Shown: positions 44,269 to 53,821 of the stretch, piece after piece
Numbering within the stretch: the stretch's first letter is position 1
Layout of the letters: each line of letters begins with the position of its first letter
Notes under the pieces: model-generated
Told to the model about the DNA's origin: nothing
Seen by the model: only the letters and a program-made list of their open reading frames with translations
The model's database searches: none
Translations under genes and position numbers: made by a program
NCBI GenBank assembly: GCA_963795735.1
Contig: CAWCIU010000002.1
Coordinates: 166,217-230,216 of the forward strand
Source of the DNA: an uncultured Acidobacteriota bacterium
GTDB lineage: Bacteria; Acidobacteriota; Thermoanaerobaculia; Multivoradales; UBA5704
DNA: 64,000 nt
Reading direction: 5' to 3'

Positions 44269-45930
44269 TCAGTGGCTGGCGTGAGCGGCGCAGCTCTGGA
44301 TGGCGCCCTTCTGCGAGCCCGTGATCGTGCCGTTGCTCTTGAGGCCGTCGGTGAGGTGCGCGACGCAGCTCACGAAGGCGCCATGGTTGCGCGCGCCGAC
44401 CGTGCAGTCGTTGATCTGGTCGGTGATGCGGCAGCCGGTGGCGAAGGTCGTGTTGGGCACGCCCGAGTCGCAGCCGTCGATGACGACGGTGGCGCTGCGC
44501 GACGAGCCGATGCACTGGTCGATGCCGTCCGGCACGCCGTCGCCGTCGGAGAACCAGCCGATGTCGATCATCTCCTGGCGGGTCAGATCGACGCTGTGGG
44601 TGAGGTCGCCGTTGATCGCCGGCTCCATCAGCAGGTTGGGGAAGGCGATCGGATCCCAGTGCGAGATCGACGAGCCGGGAACCACCGGGTTCGGGGCGTT
44701 GAGCAGCACCAGGCCCTGCGGATTGGCGCCGGCGAGCACGTTGAGGTTGACGCCGAGCGTGGCGTTGACCGTGCCGGCGGCGAGCGCCGCCTTGACGTTG
44801 TTGCCGTCGGCCAGGCTGATGCGCGCCGACGGGATGGTGATCGTCGGGTCGGCGCCGCCGAGGCCCGCCGGCGGGCTGCCGGCGACGTTGTCGGCGATGA
44901 GCACGGCGATGGCGCCGGCGAGTTGAGCGTTCTTCACCTTGACCACGAAGCCGCAGACGCCGCGGTCCATGAGAGCGATCTTGCCCGTGAGGTCGTCGGT
45001 GACCGCGGCGCAGCCGTTGGTCGCGGCGCCGCTGTGGGCGAGGACGACGTTGGCCGTCACGCCCGGCGAGGTGAGGGCGGGGCCGAAGGCCGCCGTGCCG
45101 ACCCGGGTGGTGCCCAGGGAGGCGGGGGCGTTGAAGGTCACCAGCGGCGTGCCGGGCTGCAGCACGTGCGGGGCCGCGGCGGTGACGTTGATGCCGGTCC
45201 ACACCACGTGGTTGGTGTCGGTGGTCGCCGTCTTGCGCTCGGCGTCGGTCATCTGCGGCCAGTTCTTGCCGATCACGGTGTCGCGGTTGTAGGTGCCGTA
45301 GACGTCCGGGAACCCGGCGAGCAGCGCGCCGCTGTTCTTGTCATAGAAGCCGGAGAAGCCCAGGCCGTGGGCGAACTCGTGGAGCAGCACCGTGGCGAGG
45401 TCGATGTTGGTGCCGTGGTTGTCGTCCAGGCCGTAGTACCAGCCGAGCGTGGTCAGGCAGCCGGGGGTGCCCAGCGCGCTGTTGAAGCGCGCGATGATGT
45501 CGTCCGCCGCGGTGCCGTTCGGACCCGGCGCGAGGTCGAAACCGGACAGCTTGTTGGCCAGGGCCACGTGGTACCAGGTGTTCTGGAGCTCGGCGTTCGG
45601 GAAGTTGCCGAAGATCTGGATGGTGCCGGCCGAGCCGAGGGTGCCCGCGGTCGGCGTGCAGGCCAGCGGCACGAAGGACGACTGGATGTAGATGGTCACC
45701 GGGCTGTCCAGGATCGAGCCCCAGACGCTGGCGGCGTACTGGAAGACGTTCAGCCGCTGCTGGCCGATCGTCGTTCCGGGGTTGCCGCCGATGGGAGCGG
45801 CCGGGGTGGGATCGTTGAAGCCCACGCCGGGAGCGTTGGAGTTGACGATGACGATGTTGGCGGCGCCGAAGACGGGACCGGTGAGGAGCAGGGCGAGGGC
45901 GCAGAGGCCGAGGAGCTTGATCGTCTTCAT
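44269..45930 (-). CDS. Secreted zinc metalloprotease (HExxH) with a PA domain and a C-terminal Cys-rich, Asp-rich region
   Basis: Start trimmed to MKTIKLLGLCALALLLTGPVFGA (ATG 45928-45930). LLHEFAHGLGF motif. PA-like segment GKIALMDRGVCGFVVKVKNAQLAGAIAVLIADN. Confidence 0.75.
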   Translation of the reverse strand: MKTIKLLGLCALALLLTGPVFGAANIVIVNSNAPGVGFNDPTPAAPIGGNPGTTIGQQRLNVFQYAASVWGSILDSPVTIYIQSSFVPLACTPTAGTLGSAGTIQIFGNFPNAELQNTWYHVALANKLSGFDLAPGPNGTAADDIIARFNSALGTPGCLTTLGWYYGLDDNHGTNIDLATVLLHEFAHGLGFSGFYDKNSGALLAGFPDVYGTYNRDTVIGKNWPQMTDAERKTATTDTNHVVWTGINVTAAAPHVLQPGTPLVTFNAPASLGTTRVGTAAFGPALTSPGVTANVVLAHSGAATNGCAAVTDDLTGKIALMDRGVCGFVVKVKNAQLAGAIAVLIADNVAGSPPAGLGGADPTITIPSARISLADGNNVKAALAAGTVNATLGVNLNVLAGANPQGLVLLNAPNPVVPGSSISHWDPIAFPNLLMEPAINGDLTHSVDLTRQEMIDIGWFSDGDGVPDGIDQCIGSSRSATVVIDGCDSGVPNTTFATGCRITDQINDCTVGARNHGAFVSCVAHLTDGLKSNGTITGSQKGAIQSCAAHASH

Positions 45931-45935
45931 GGTGT

Positions 45936-46349
45936 CTACTTCTCCTCGAGCGCGGGAGTGCTGTTCAGGAAGGCGTTGGCGTCGGCGGCGCTGTCCACGC
46001 AGACCTGGCGGACGCTGCCGTCCGGCTGAATCTGCACCAGGGAGATGTTGAGGAACGTGTCGGTGAGGTCCATCGACATCGTGCCGTCCGGCGTCTGGAC
46101 GACCTGGGCGTTGCTCGCGCTCTTGGTCATCGCCTGGATGCCGGCGGTCAGAGCCCGGTTCTCGGCGGCGGTCGGCTGGCGGAGCTTGCCCTGCGCGTCG
46201 ACGGCCACCGTCAGGCCGGCCGACTCCTGCTGGCCGGCGTGGGCCGGCTTTCCGTCTCCGGCAAAGGCCGGAGCGGCGAGGCTGAGGGTCGCCGCGGCGG
46301 CGAGACCCAGGGTGGCCAGGCGGACACCCTTTCCATGCAGATTCGTCAT
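45936..46349 (-). CDS. Small secreted protein (137 aa) co-transcribed upstream of the metalloprotease
   Basis: Signal peptide MTNLHGKGVRLATLGLAAAATLSLAAPAFA. A 5-nt gap separates it from the protease gene. Confidence 0.55.
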   Translation of the reverse strand: MTNLHGKGVRLATLGLAAAATLSLAAPAFAGDGKPAHAGQQESAGLTVAVDAQGKLRQPTAAENRALTAGIQAMTKSASNAQVVQTPDGTMSMDLTDTFLNISLVQIQPDGSVRQVCVDSAADANAFLNSTPALEEK

Positions 46350-46786
46350 GTACCAATCCTCCCAAAAATGGGGTTTGATCGAAGCTCGTCCACGGAACCG
46401 GCACCATGCCAGGCCCGCGAAGCGGAAAGTCCAGAGTCAAGAATTCAAATCGGGTGATACGGGGGCCAAGGTTTCAGTGCCGGGGCCGGAAGAGATCGGG
46501 ACATCTGTTCCTACGCCGAGACAACTTTACCGCCGTACGGTGTCCTGCGTCTTTCTTTTCGGCAGCCCAGCCGTCTCGGTGAGACCCGAAGCTTTGCGTC
46601 ACCGCCTCACGGCGGCTTTGCCTTTTCGATGCGTGGAAGCACAGTGTGGGGTCGCAAAACAAACCTGTCAAGCGAATCGGCGAACATTTTTAAAACTTCT
46701 CCGCCCTACTCAAAATTACTCTGCCGGGAGGGGTTGGTGCCGGGCCCTTTCGGGCGAAAAACAGGTAAAAATTTCAGCCGACGACT

Positions 46787-47998
46787 TTACTCGAGCAGAT
46801 CAACCTCGTAGCCGCGCTCGCGGAGGGCCTGTCGCAGCTCCTCGATGTGGCCCGCGTTGCGGGTCTCCAGGGTGAGGTCCACCTGGGCTTCCCAGAACCC
46901 CGCGTGCATGAAGACGCGGTCGTGCTGGATGCGCACCACGTTGCCGCCGGCGGCGCCGACCCCCTGGAGCAGCTCGGCCAGCGCCCCCGGGCGGTCGGGA
47001 ACGCGGGTGCGCAGGCGCACCAGGCGCCGGCCCTCGACCAGGTGACGGTCGATGATGCGGGCGAGCAGCGCGGCGTCGATGTTGGCGCCCGAGAGGAGCA
47101 TGACCACCCGGCGGTCCGCCGTGTCGGGAATGTGGTGGCCGGCCACGGCGGCCAGGGTGGCGGCGGCGGCCCCCTCGGCGACGATCTTGCCGGTCTCCAG
47201 GAGCCGCACGAGGGCGGCCCGGATCTCGTCCTCGGTGACGGTGACCACGCCGTCGACGAAGCGGCGGATGTGCTCGAAGGTCTTCTCGCCCGGCCGCTTG
47301 ACGGCGATGCCGTCCGCCACCGACCGCGCCGCCGGGCAGGCGACGAGATGCCCCGCCCGGAAGCTCTCGGCCATCGCCGGCGCGGCCTCCGTCTGCACGC
47401 CGTAGATCCGCACCTCTGGCCGCATCGCCTTCACCGCCACGGCGATGCCGGAGATCAGCCCGCCGCCGCCGATGGGAACGACGATCGCCTCCACCTCCGG
47501 CACGGCCTCCAGGATCTCGAGGCCGATCGTCCCCTGGCCGGCCATCACCTGCTCGTCGTCGAAGGGGTGGATGAAGGCGAGCCCCCGCTCGCGCTCGAGC
47601 CGTAGCGCCGCCTCGTAGGCCTCGTCGAAGATCTCCCCGGCCAGCACGACCTCGCCGCCGAGCCGCCGGGTGTTCTCGATCTTGATCAGCGGGGTCGTCA
47701 CCGGCATGACGATGACGGAGGGCACCCCGATCTGGGCGGCGCTGAAGGCCACCCCCTGGGCATGGTTGCCGGCGGAGGCGGTGATGACCCCCCGCCCTAC
47801 CTGGGCGGGCGGCAGGGAGGCGATCTTGTTGAAAGCGCCGCGGACCTTGAAGGAGCCGGTGAGCTGGAGGGTCTCGTGCTTGAACCAGGCGTGCGCGCCC
47901 AGCTCGTCGGAGAAAGCTCGCGACCGCAGGCAGGGGGTGGCCTGCACCACTCCACGGAGGCGCGCGCGCGCCGCTTCGATGTCTTGCAGAGCGATCAA
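46787..47998 (-). CDS. ilvA: Threonine ammonia-lyase (biosynthetic type, with a C-terminal regulatory domain)
   Basis: PLP site ...HETLQLTGSFKVRGAFNKI... TTG start. Confidence 0.9.
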   Translation of the reverse strand: MIALQDIEAARARLRGVVQATPCLRSRAFSDELGAHAWFKHETLQLTGSFKVRGAFNKIASLPPAQVGRGVITASAGNHAQGVAFSAAQIGVPSVIVMPVTTPLIKIENTRRLGGEVVLAGEIFDEAYEAALRLERERGLAFIHPFDDEQVMAGQGTIGLEILEAVPEVEAIVVPIGGGGLISGIAVAVKAMRPEVRIYGVQTEAAPAMAESFRAGHLVACPAARSVADGIAVKRPGEKTFEHIRRFVDGVVTVTEDEIRAALVRLLETGKIVAEGAAAATLAAVAGHHIPDTADRRVVMLLSGANIDAALLARIIDRHLVEGRRLVRLRTRVPDRPGALAELLQGVGAAGGNVVRIQHDRVFMHAGFWEAQVDLTLETRNAGHIEELRQALRERGYEVDLLE

Positions 47999-48089
47999 GC
48001 CGGGAGCCTCAACGGCGGGCAGTGTAGCAGGAGGAGAGGAGATGGCGGCAGGGGGCGCGGCGGGCGCCCCCGCGATCCAAAGGGATGGC

Positions 48090-48674
48090 CTACGGGTGGC
48101 GGACGGCGATTTCCCGGGCGGCTTCCTGGACGCCGTCGCCGGCCGGCCGGGCGGTCGCCTGGGTGTAGCTGGCGCGCTTCATCAGTGCCTCGGCCAGGCT
48201 GGAGCGCACCTGCTCGGCCATCTGGCCGTCGAGCTGGACGGCCTTGCCGAAGGCCGCGCGGGCGGCGTCCATGTCCCCCTTGAGGGCGAGCAGGGAGCCG
48301 AGCTGGTCGTAGGCCCGGGCCTGGTCCTGGGGGGAGGAGAAGAGGGCGAGGGCCATGCGGGTCATCTGGAAACCCGCGTCGTACTGCCGGGCTCCGCTAT
48401 AGGCGCGGGCTACGCCGAGCAGGCACTCGGGGCAGGGGCCGCCCTCCAGCTCGCTCGCCCGCTCGAACTCGGCGGCGGCGCGCTGGAAGTCCCCCTTCTG
48501 CACGAGCTCCTCGCCGCGCTGCAACGCTCTCGCGGTGTCCTCCTGGAGGGTGGGCTCCTGGAGAGTGGCATTCTGAAGGGTGGCATCCCCGGCCCAGGCG
48601 GCAGGGGCGAACGAAAAGGCGGCCAGGGCTCCGAGCATGGGGAGGATCGACAGGCTGCGGCTTCGTAGAGTCAT
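48090..48674 (-). CDS. Secreted TPR-like repeat protein
   Basis: Signal peptide MTLRSRSLSILPMLGALAAFSFAPAAWA followed by TPR-like helices. Confidence 0.55.
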   Translation of the reverse strand: MTLRSRSLSILPMLGALAAFSFAPAAWAGDATLQNATLQEPTLQEDTARALQRGEELVQKGDFQRAAAEFERASELEGGPCPECLLGVARAYSGARQYDAGFQMTRMALALFSSPQDQARAYDQLGSLLALKGDMDAARAAFGKAVQLDGQMAEQVRSSLAEALMKRASYTQATARPAGDGVQEAAREIAVRHP

Positions 48675-48842
48675 GGCCGTTGCTCCTTACTTAGTCACGA
48701 GACATGCAAAGCTGGGCGGGGCATCGTGCTCTCTCACGCCATAGGGTAAAGGCAAGGAGCGTGCCAGGGGTGGATCGGACCCGACCGGAGTCCGCGGACC
48801 GGCCGGGCCATTCTCGCTCCCGCTTCCCTTCGTGGCACCTCA

Positions 48843-48858
48843 TGGCACCTCTCTTGCT
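48843..48858 (+). promoter_or_regulatory. Sigma-54 promoter TGGCAC-CTCTC-TTGCT upstream of DUF4142 gene 1
   Basis: Exact consensus, 51 nt upstream of ATG 48909. A second, mis-spaced TGGCAC lies 10 nt upstream. Confidence 0.75.
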
Positions 48859-48908
48859 TCTTTGTATCTTCGACCGATGAGTCTCATCTCTTCAAGAAGG
48901 GAGACAAT

Positions 48909-49571
48909 ATGAGCAAGAACACCCACCGCATCACCATGGCCGCCCTGGCGGGCCTCCTGGCGCTGACCCCGGCGTTCGCCCAGAGCACGGGGACCGCCAC
49001 CGGCTCCATGTCCGGCTCGGCCGCCAAGAGCACCAAGAAGAAGACCACCACCACCACGAGCACCTCCTCCTCGATGCTCAGCGCCGCCGACACCAAGTTC
49101 GTCAAGGCCGCGGCCTCGGGCGGCATGGAAGAGGTCGAGCTCGGCAAACTGGCGGCGCAGAAGGCCTCCAATCCCGACGTCAAGAGCTTCGGCCAGAAGA
49201 TGGTCGACGACCACACCAAGGCCAACGACCAGCTCAAGCAGGTCGCTTCCCAGAAGAACGTGACCCTGCCGGCGGGCATGAACAACATGCAGAAGCACGA
49301 CCAGGCCAAGCTCGCCAAGCTCTCCGGCGCCGCCTTCGACCGGAGCTACGTCAGCATGATGGTCAAGGACCACAAGAAGGACGTCGCCGACTTCCAGAAG
49401 GAATCGACGAGCGGCAAGGACACGGACGTCAAGAGCTTCGCCTCGACGACCCTGCCCACCCTGCAGGACCACCTGAAAATGGTGCAGGACCTCTCCTCGA
49501 GCCTCAACAAGAAGAAGACCGCGAGCACGACCACCAAGACCACCACCAAGAAGAGCAGCTCGGGCCGCTAG
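48909..49571 (+). CDS. DUF4142-family secreted protein, paralog 1
   Basis: Signal peptide plus a Ser/Thr-rich linker. Core ...DTKFVKAAASGGMEEVELGKLAAQKASNPDVKSFGQKMVDDHTKANDQLK... The TAG stop incorporates the IS630 target TA. Confidence 0.8.
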   Translation: MSKNTHRITMAALAGLLALTPAFAQSTGTATGSMSGSAAKSTKKKTTTTTSTSSSMLSAADTKFVKAAASGGMEEVELGKLAAQKASNPDVKSFGQKMVDDHTKANDQLKQVASQKNVTLPAGMNNMQKHDQAKLAKLSGAAFDRSYVSMMVKDHKKDVADFQKESTSGKDTDVKSFASTTLPTLQDHLKMVQDLSSSLNKKKTASTTTKTTTKKSSSGR

Positions 49572-50738
49572 TGTAGTGGGTCAAACAGATGTGTCCTTAA
49601 CCAGAGCCTGCCGAGCGCGTGTGACCTTTTCAAGGATGTCGCTTGCGGTCTTCGTCCAGATAAAGGGTTTGGGATCTTCGTTGTGACGAGCCAGATACTC
49701 ATGGATCGCCGTAACCAGATCTGCGACGCTGCGAAAGATGCCCCGACGCAACCGGTTTTCTGTCAGGTCACGGAAGAACCTTTCGACCATGTTGAGCCAT
49801 GAGGCGCTGGTTGGGGTGAAATGAATCCTGAACCGCGGATGGCGAGCCAGCCAAGCTTGAACCTTCGGATGCTTGTGAGTCGCATAGTTGTCCGCGATCA
49901 GATGAATCTCCGGGCTCTTCGGGGTCTCTCGGTCAATGAGGCTCAGGAACTTAATCCACTCCTGATGGCGATGCCGCGGCATGCAGGTCCCGATCACCTT
50001 CCCGTTCAGCGTATTGAGCGCAGTGAACAGTGTCGTCGTTCCGTGGCGCTTGTAGTCGTGGGTCATCGTGCCATGGCGGCCCGGCACAAGGGGAAGGCCT
50101 GGCTGGGTGCGGTCGAGCGCCTGAATTTGGCTTTTTTCATCGACAGAGAAAACCAGCGCATGCTCTGGAGGGTTCAGGTAAAGACCGACGACATCCTCCA
50201 ACTTCTCCACGAACCTCGCATCCCGACTCAATTTGAAGGTTCGAGTCAGGTGAGGCTTCAGGCCATGACGTCTCCAGACACGACCGATCGTGCTCGGGCT
50301 CAGCCCCATCATCTTGGCCAGACTACGGGTGCTCCAGTGCGTTCCCGCCACTGGCGTCTCTTGCGTCGTCTTGCGCACGATCTCCCGAATTACATCCTCG
50401 CCAATCGAAGGCAGCCTCCCGGCCCGAGGGGCATCCTTCAAGATGCCGACGGTCCGCTTCTCGGCAAAACGACGGCGCCAAACACCAACTGTCCGTCGCG
50501 CTGCACCAGAAATCTCAGCAATCTCTCGGTTCTGCTTGCCTTCAGCAGCCAGCAGGACGATTCTCGCCCTCTCTGCCACGCGCACGGATACCCTACGGCC
50601 ACGTGCAAGCTTCTCAAGCTCAGCCCTCTCCTCAGGCGAAAGGACTATCGAGACAGCTACCTTCATGTTCCCTCCTGGAGGTATTCCCTACCAGGAAAGG
50701 ATAACAGAAGTTGCCGAACATCGGACCCACTACACTAG
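49568..50738 (-). mobile_element. IS630-family insertion sequence, copy 2; identical to copy 1 and in the same orientation
   Basis: Offset of exactly 20557 bp from copy 1 across the element. The transposase ORFs are identical. Confidence 0.9.
49581..50666 (-). CDS. IS630-family DDE transposase (361 aa), copy 2
   Basis: Identical protein to 29024-30109. Confidence 0.9.
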   Translation of the reverse strand: MKVAVSIVLSPEERAELEKLARGRRVSVRVAERARIVLLAAEGKQNREIAEISGAARRTVGVWRRRFAEKRTVGILKDAPRAGRLPSIGEDVIREIVRKTTQETPVAGTHWSTRSLAKMMGLSPSTIGRVWRRHGLKPHLTRTFKLSRDARFVEKLEDVVGLYLNPPEHALVFSVDEKSQIQALDRTQPGLPLVPGRHGTMTHDYKRHGTTTLFTALNTLNGKVIGTCMPRHRHQEWIKFLSLIDRETPKSPEIHLIADNYATHKHPKVQAWLARHPRFRIHFTPTSASWLNMVERFFRDLTENRLRRGIFRSVADLVTAIHEYLARHNEDPKPFIWTKTASDILEKVTRARQALVKDTSV

Positions 50739-50784
50739 ATCCGCTCCACCGGCAGGACCGCTCGATGCCACGGAGGTCCCTCCG

Positions 50785-50800
50785 TGGCACTTCTCTTGCT
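50785..50800 (+). promoter_or_regulatory. Sigma-54 promoter TGGCAC-TTCTC-TTGCT upstream of DUF4142 gene 2
   Basis: Exact consensus, 78 nt upstream of ATG 50878. Overlapped by the perfect inverted repeat GCCACGGAGG-tc-CCTCCGTGGC. Confidence 0.75.
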
Positions 50801-50877
50801 TAAAATATACCCATGAAGCATGCCGGGATCTCTCGATCCCGGCTCCATCCCATCCCATTGGAAAGAGAGGAAGAAGC

Positions 50878-51558
50878 ATGAACAAGAGCAGCAACCGCAT
50901 CGCCTTCGCGATCCTCGCCGGCCTTCTGGCGCTGGCCCCGGCCTTCGCGCAGAACCAGGGGGCCACCTCGGGCTCGAACACCACCGGTTCGTCGGGCAGC
51001 GGGTCGTCGGGCAGCGGGTCGTCCAGCGGCACGATGTCGAGGTCGTCCTCGTCCTCGATGTCCTCTTCGAAGCTCAGCATGGGCGACACCAAGTTCCTCA
51101 AGGACGCGGCGGAGTCCGGCATGGCCGAGGTCGCGCTCGGGCAGCTGGCGGCGTCGAAGGCCACCAGCGCCGACATCAAGAGCTTCGGCCAGAAGATGGT
51201 CGATGATCACGGCAAGGCCAACGACCAGCTCAAGCAGCTCGCCGCGCAGAAGGGCGTGACCCTTCCGGACGGCCCCTCCATGATGCAGAAGCACGACGCC
51301 GACCGGCTTTCCAGGATGTCGGGCGCCGGCTTCGACCGGGCGTTCATGGACCAGATGGTCAAGGACCACAAGAAGGTCGTCGCCGAGTTCGATCGCGTGT
51401 CCAAGGGCGCCAAGGACTCCGACGTCAAGAGCTTCGCCTCGTCGACCCTGCCCACCCTGCAGGACCATCTCAAGATGGCGCAGGACCTCGACTCCACGGT
51501 CGGCGGCAAGAAGGGCTCCAGCAGCTCCAGGGGCACGAAGAGCGGCTCGAGCCACTAG
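50878..51558 (+). CDS. DUF4142-family secreted protein, paralog 2
   Basis: Start trimmed to MNKSSNRIAFAILAGLLALAPAFA (ATG 50878, Shine-Dalgarno AGAGAGGAAG). The upstream portion of the ORF-track call is IS sequence. Core is about 60% identical to paralog 1. Confidence 0.8.
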   Translation: MNKSSNRIAFAILAGLLALAPAFAQNQGATSGSNTTGSSGSGSSGSGSSSGTMSRSSSSSMSSSKLSMGDTKFLKDAAESGMAEVALGQLAASKATSADIKSFGQKMVDDHGKANDQLKQLAAQKGVTLPDGPSMMQKHDADRLSRMSGAGFDRAFMDQMVKDHKKVVAEFDRVSKGAKDSDVKSFASSTLPTLQDHLKMAQDLDSTVGGKKGSSSSRGTKSGSSH

Positions 51559-51568
51559 CCCGATCTCT

Positions 51569-51634
51569 GTAGGGGCGGCCCTATGTGGCCGCCCTGTTCT
51601 CCACCTCAGGGCGGCCACATAAGGCCACCCCTAC
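51569..51634. repeat. 27-bp inverted repeat (2 mismatches) GTAGGGGCGGCCCTATGTGGCCGCCCT - 12 nt - AGGGCGGCCACATAAGGCCACCCCTAC downstream of DUF4142 gene 2
   Basis: Read directly. It shares the GTAGGG...CCCTAC termini with the repeat at 41047. Confidence 0.85.
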
Positions 51635-51660
51635 CCCCCCCTTCTGTACAATCCCCTTCC

Positions 51661-52779
51661 ATGATCGACGGCTCTCTGGACCGGCTGCCCCGGACGCGGG
51701 AGGCCATAGAGGCAGGCATCCGCGACCGCCTCCACCTCGGCGCGCAGCTCCACGTCTCGCTCCACGGCGAGCCGGTGGCAGACGCAGACGCCGCGCTGGG
51801 GGAGAACCGGCCGGGCGAGCCGCTCACCCGCGATCACCTGATGCTCTGGCTCTCCTCGACCAAGCCGGTGCCGGCGGTCGCCATCGCCCAGCTCTGGGAG
51901 CGCGGGCGGCTCGAACTGGACGATCCCGTGGCCCGGCACATCCCCGAGTTCGCCGCCTACGGCAAGGAGGGGATCACCCTGCGCCATCTCCTCACCCACA
52001 CCGGCGGCATCCGGATGCTCGACACCGGCTGGCCGCGGGCGACCTGGGAGGAGATCGTGGCGAAGATCTGCGCCATGAAGCCGGAGCCCCGCTGGGTCCC
52101 CGGGCGGAAGGCCGGCTATCACCAGGCGTCGAGCTGGTTCATCCTCGGCGAGGTGGTCCAGCGGGTGGGGGGCCTTCCCTTCCCGGTCTACGTCCGCCGG
52201 GAGATCTTCGAGCCGCTCGGGATGGCGGACTCCTGGATCGGCATGCCTCCCGAGCGCTATCTCTCTTACCGGCAAGCCGGCCGGATCGGCGCGATGTGGA
52301 ACACCGAAGGAGAGGGGTTACAGGACCACGGCTGGGACAGCGAGGAGCGCTGCGTCGCCCCCAGCCCGGGCGGCAACGGCTACGGCCCGATGCGGGATCT
52401 CGCCCGCTTCTACGAGATGCTGCTGGGGAGGGGCTCCTGGCGCGGCCGCCGCGTCCTGCTGCCGCAGACCGTCGAGGCCTTCACCTCGCCCCACCGGGTC
52501 GGGATGATGGACGCCACCTTCAAGCACGTCCTCGACTGGGGGCTGGGGTTCATCGTCAATTCGCTCCAGTACGGAGCCGAGACGGTCCCCTACGGCTACG
52601 GCCACCACGCCTCTCCCCGAACTTTCGGCCACAGCGGCTACCGCTCCTCCACCGGCTTCGCCGACCCGGAGCGGGGGCTGGCCGTGGCGCTGGCCTTCAA
52701 CGGCACGCCGGCCAACGAGCGGCACGAACAGCGGATCCGCTCGGTGCTCGACGCGGTCTACGAGGATCTCGGGGGATAG
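51661..52779 (+). CDS. Serine hydrolase of the beta-lactamase / esterase (class C-like) family
   Basis: S-x-x-K motif LSSTKPV. Start trimmed to MIDGSLDRLP (ATG 51661). Confidence 0.7.
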   Translation: MIDGSLDRLPRTREAIEAGIRDRLHLGAQLHVSLHGEPVADADAALGENRPGEPLTRDHLMLWLSSTKPVPAVAIAQLWERGRLELDDPVARHIPEFAAYGKEGITLRHLLTHTGGIRMLDTGWPRATWEEIVAKICAMKPEPRWVPGRKAGYHQASSWFILGEVVQRVGGLPFPVYVRREIFEPLGMADSWIGMPPERYLSYRQAGRIGAMWNTEGEGLQDHGWDSEERCVAPSPGGNGYGPMRDLARFYEMLLGRGSWRGRRVLLPQTVEAFTSPHRVGMMDATFKHVLDWGLGFIVNSLQYGAETVPYGYGHHASPRTFGHSGYRSSTGFADPERGLAVALAFNGTPANERHEQRIRSVLDAVYEDLGG

Positions 52780-52780
52780 C

Positions 52781-53440
52781 TCAAGCGAGGACCGCGGTGA
52801 TCCCCTGCCAGATCCACCACAGCCCGACGAGACGGAAGATCCAGAGCAGGTTGCGCACGCCGAGCAGGAAGAAGTTGTGGACCGGGAAGGGAACCGCGAC
52901 GGGAGCGTGCTCGCGGGCGGCGAGGTAGCCGAGCGCGGCCACGTTCACGGTGATCCCGACCACCAGCTTGAACCAGGTGGTGGCGAGCGGAACGGGCGCC
53001 GGCTGCCCCGCGGCCGAGGCGGCGAGCGCGATCAGCAGGAAGAGCAGGGGGATGAAGATGCCGAGCCGCAGCGGCCAGCGCCAGGTCTGAAGGAAGGAGA
53101 AGAACCTCGCCGCCGCCGGCCGGTGCGCCGCGCAGCAGCGGGCCGCCAGCGTCCGTTCTCCGGAGCTTAGCTCGAGGGTCTCGGGGGTTTGCGGAGGGAC
53201 CCGGTTGCACCACACGCATTTGACCGGCAGCACCCGCTCCATGTACGGCCGGGCGAGGAGGCGGTGGACGATGATGATTCCCACCCCCGCCCCAAGGCTC
53301 AAGCCCACCGGCTCCGGGTGACGCACGAAGAGGAACAGCACCAGCGGGATGAACAGGAAGAGCAGGAGCCCCGTCGTGTAGGCCGCGAGATGGTTGGGCG
53401 CGGCTGGAGCCGCCGGCGGCCTCGGTTGCGGGATCGTCAT
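52781..53440 (-). CDS. Hypothetical polytopic membrane protein with a Cys cluster (CVWCN...CC)
   Basis: ATG 53438-53440. Four or five hydrophobic helices. Confidence 0.45.
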   Translation of the reverse strand: MTIPQPRPPAAPAAPNHLAAYTTGLLLFLFIPLVLFLFVRHPEPVGLSLGAGVGIIIVHRLLARPYMERVLPVKCVWCNRVPPQTPETLELSSGERTLAARCCAAHRPAAARFFSFLQTWRWPLRLGIFIPLLFLLIALAASAAGQPAPVPLATTWFKLVVGITVNVAALGYLAAREHAPVAVPFPVHNFFLLGVRNLLWIFRLVGLWWIWQGITAVLA

Positions 53441-53530
53441 GGCTTGGACCGGGTGAAATCGGGCGCTTTGGGGACAGGCCGATTATGCCATGATCGAGCG
53501 CGGATCGATCGGGAGTACACTGTAGGTGCG

Positions 53531-53821
53531 ATGGCGAAGACCCCTGTGAACTTGGCGGAAGACACCCAGCCTATCTCGGAGCTCGAGGCCAAGGCCGCGG
53601 ATCTCCTTCGCCAAGTCCGGAAAACCCGCCGGCCGGTCGTCCTCACCGAGAGGGGGAAGGGCACAGCAGTCCTGGTCGACCTCGAGAGCTACCAGAATCT
53701 CCTCGAAGAAATCGAGTTCCTGCGAGACGTCCACCGTGGCTTGGCGGACGCGGACGCCGGACGCGTAACCCCCCACGAAGAAGCCCGAGCCCGTCTGATC
53801 GCCCGCTACTCCTCCTGGTGA
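53531..53821 (+). CDS. Phd/YefM-family type II antitoxin
   Basis: ...PVVLTERGKGTAVLVDLESYQNLLEEIEFLRD... Stop overlaps the toxin GTG start (GTGA). Confidence 0.75.
   Translation: MAKTPVNLAEDTQPISELEAKAADLLRQVRKTRRPVVLTERGKGTAVLVDLESYQNLLEEIEFLRDVHRGLADADAGRVTPHEEARARLIARYSSW

Noticed and set aside
43039-46029. 996-aa plus-strand ORF
   Set aside because: Antisense shadow of the metB-like and metalloprotease genes.
53441-53530. Palindromic GATCGAGCGCGGATCGATCG segment upstream of the toxin-antitoxin pair as an antitoxin operator
   Set aside because: The palindrome is imperfect and could not be distinguished from chance in GC-rich sequence. Mentioned only as a possibility.
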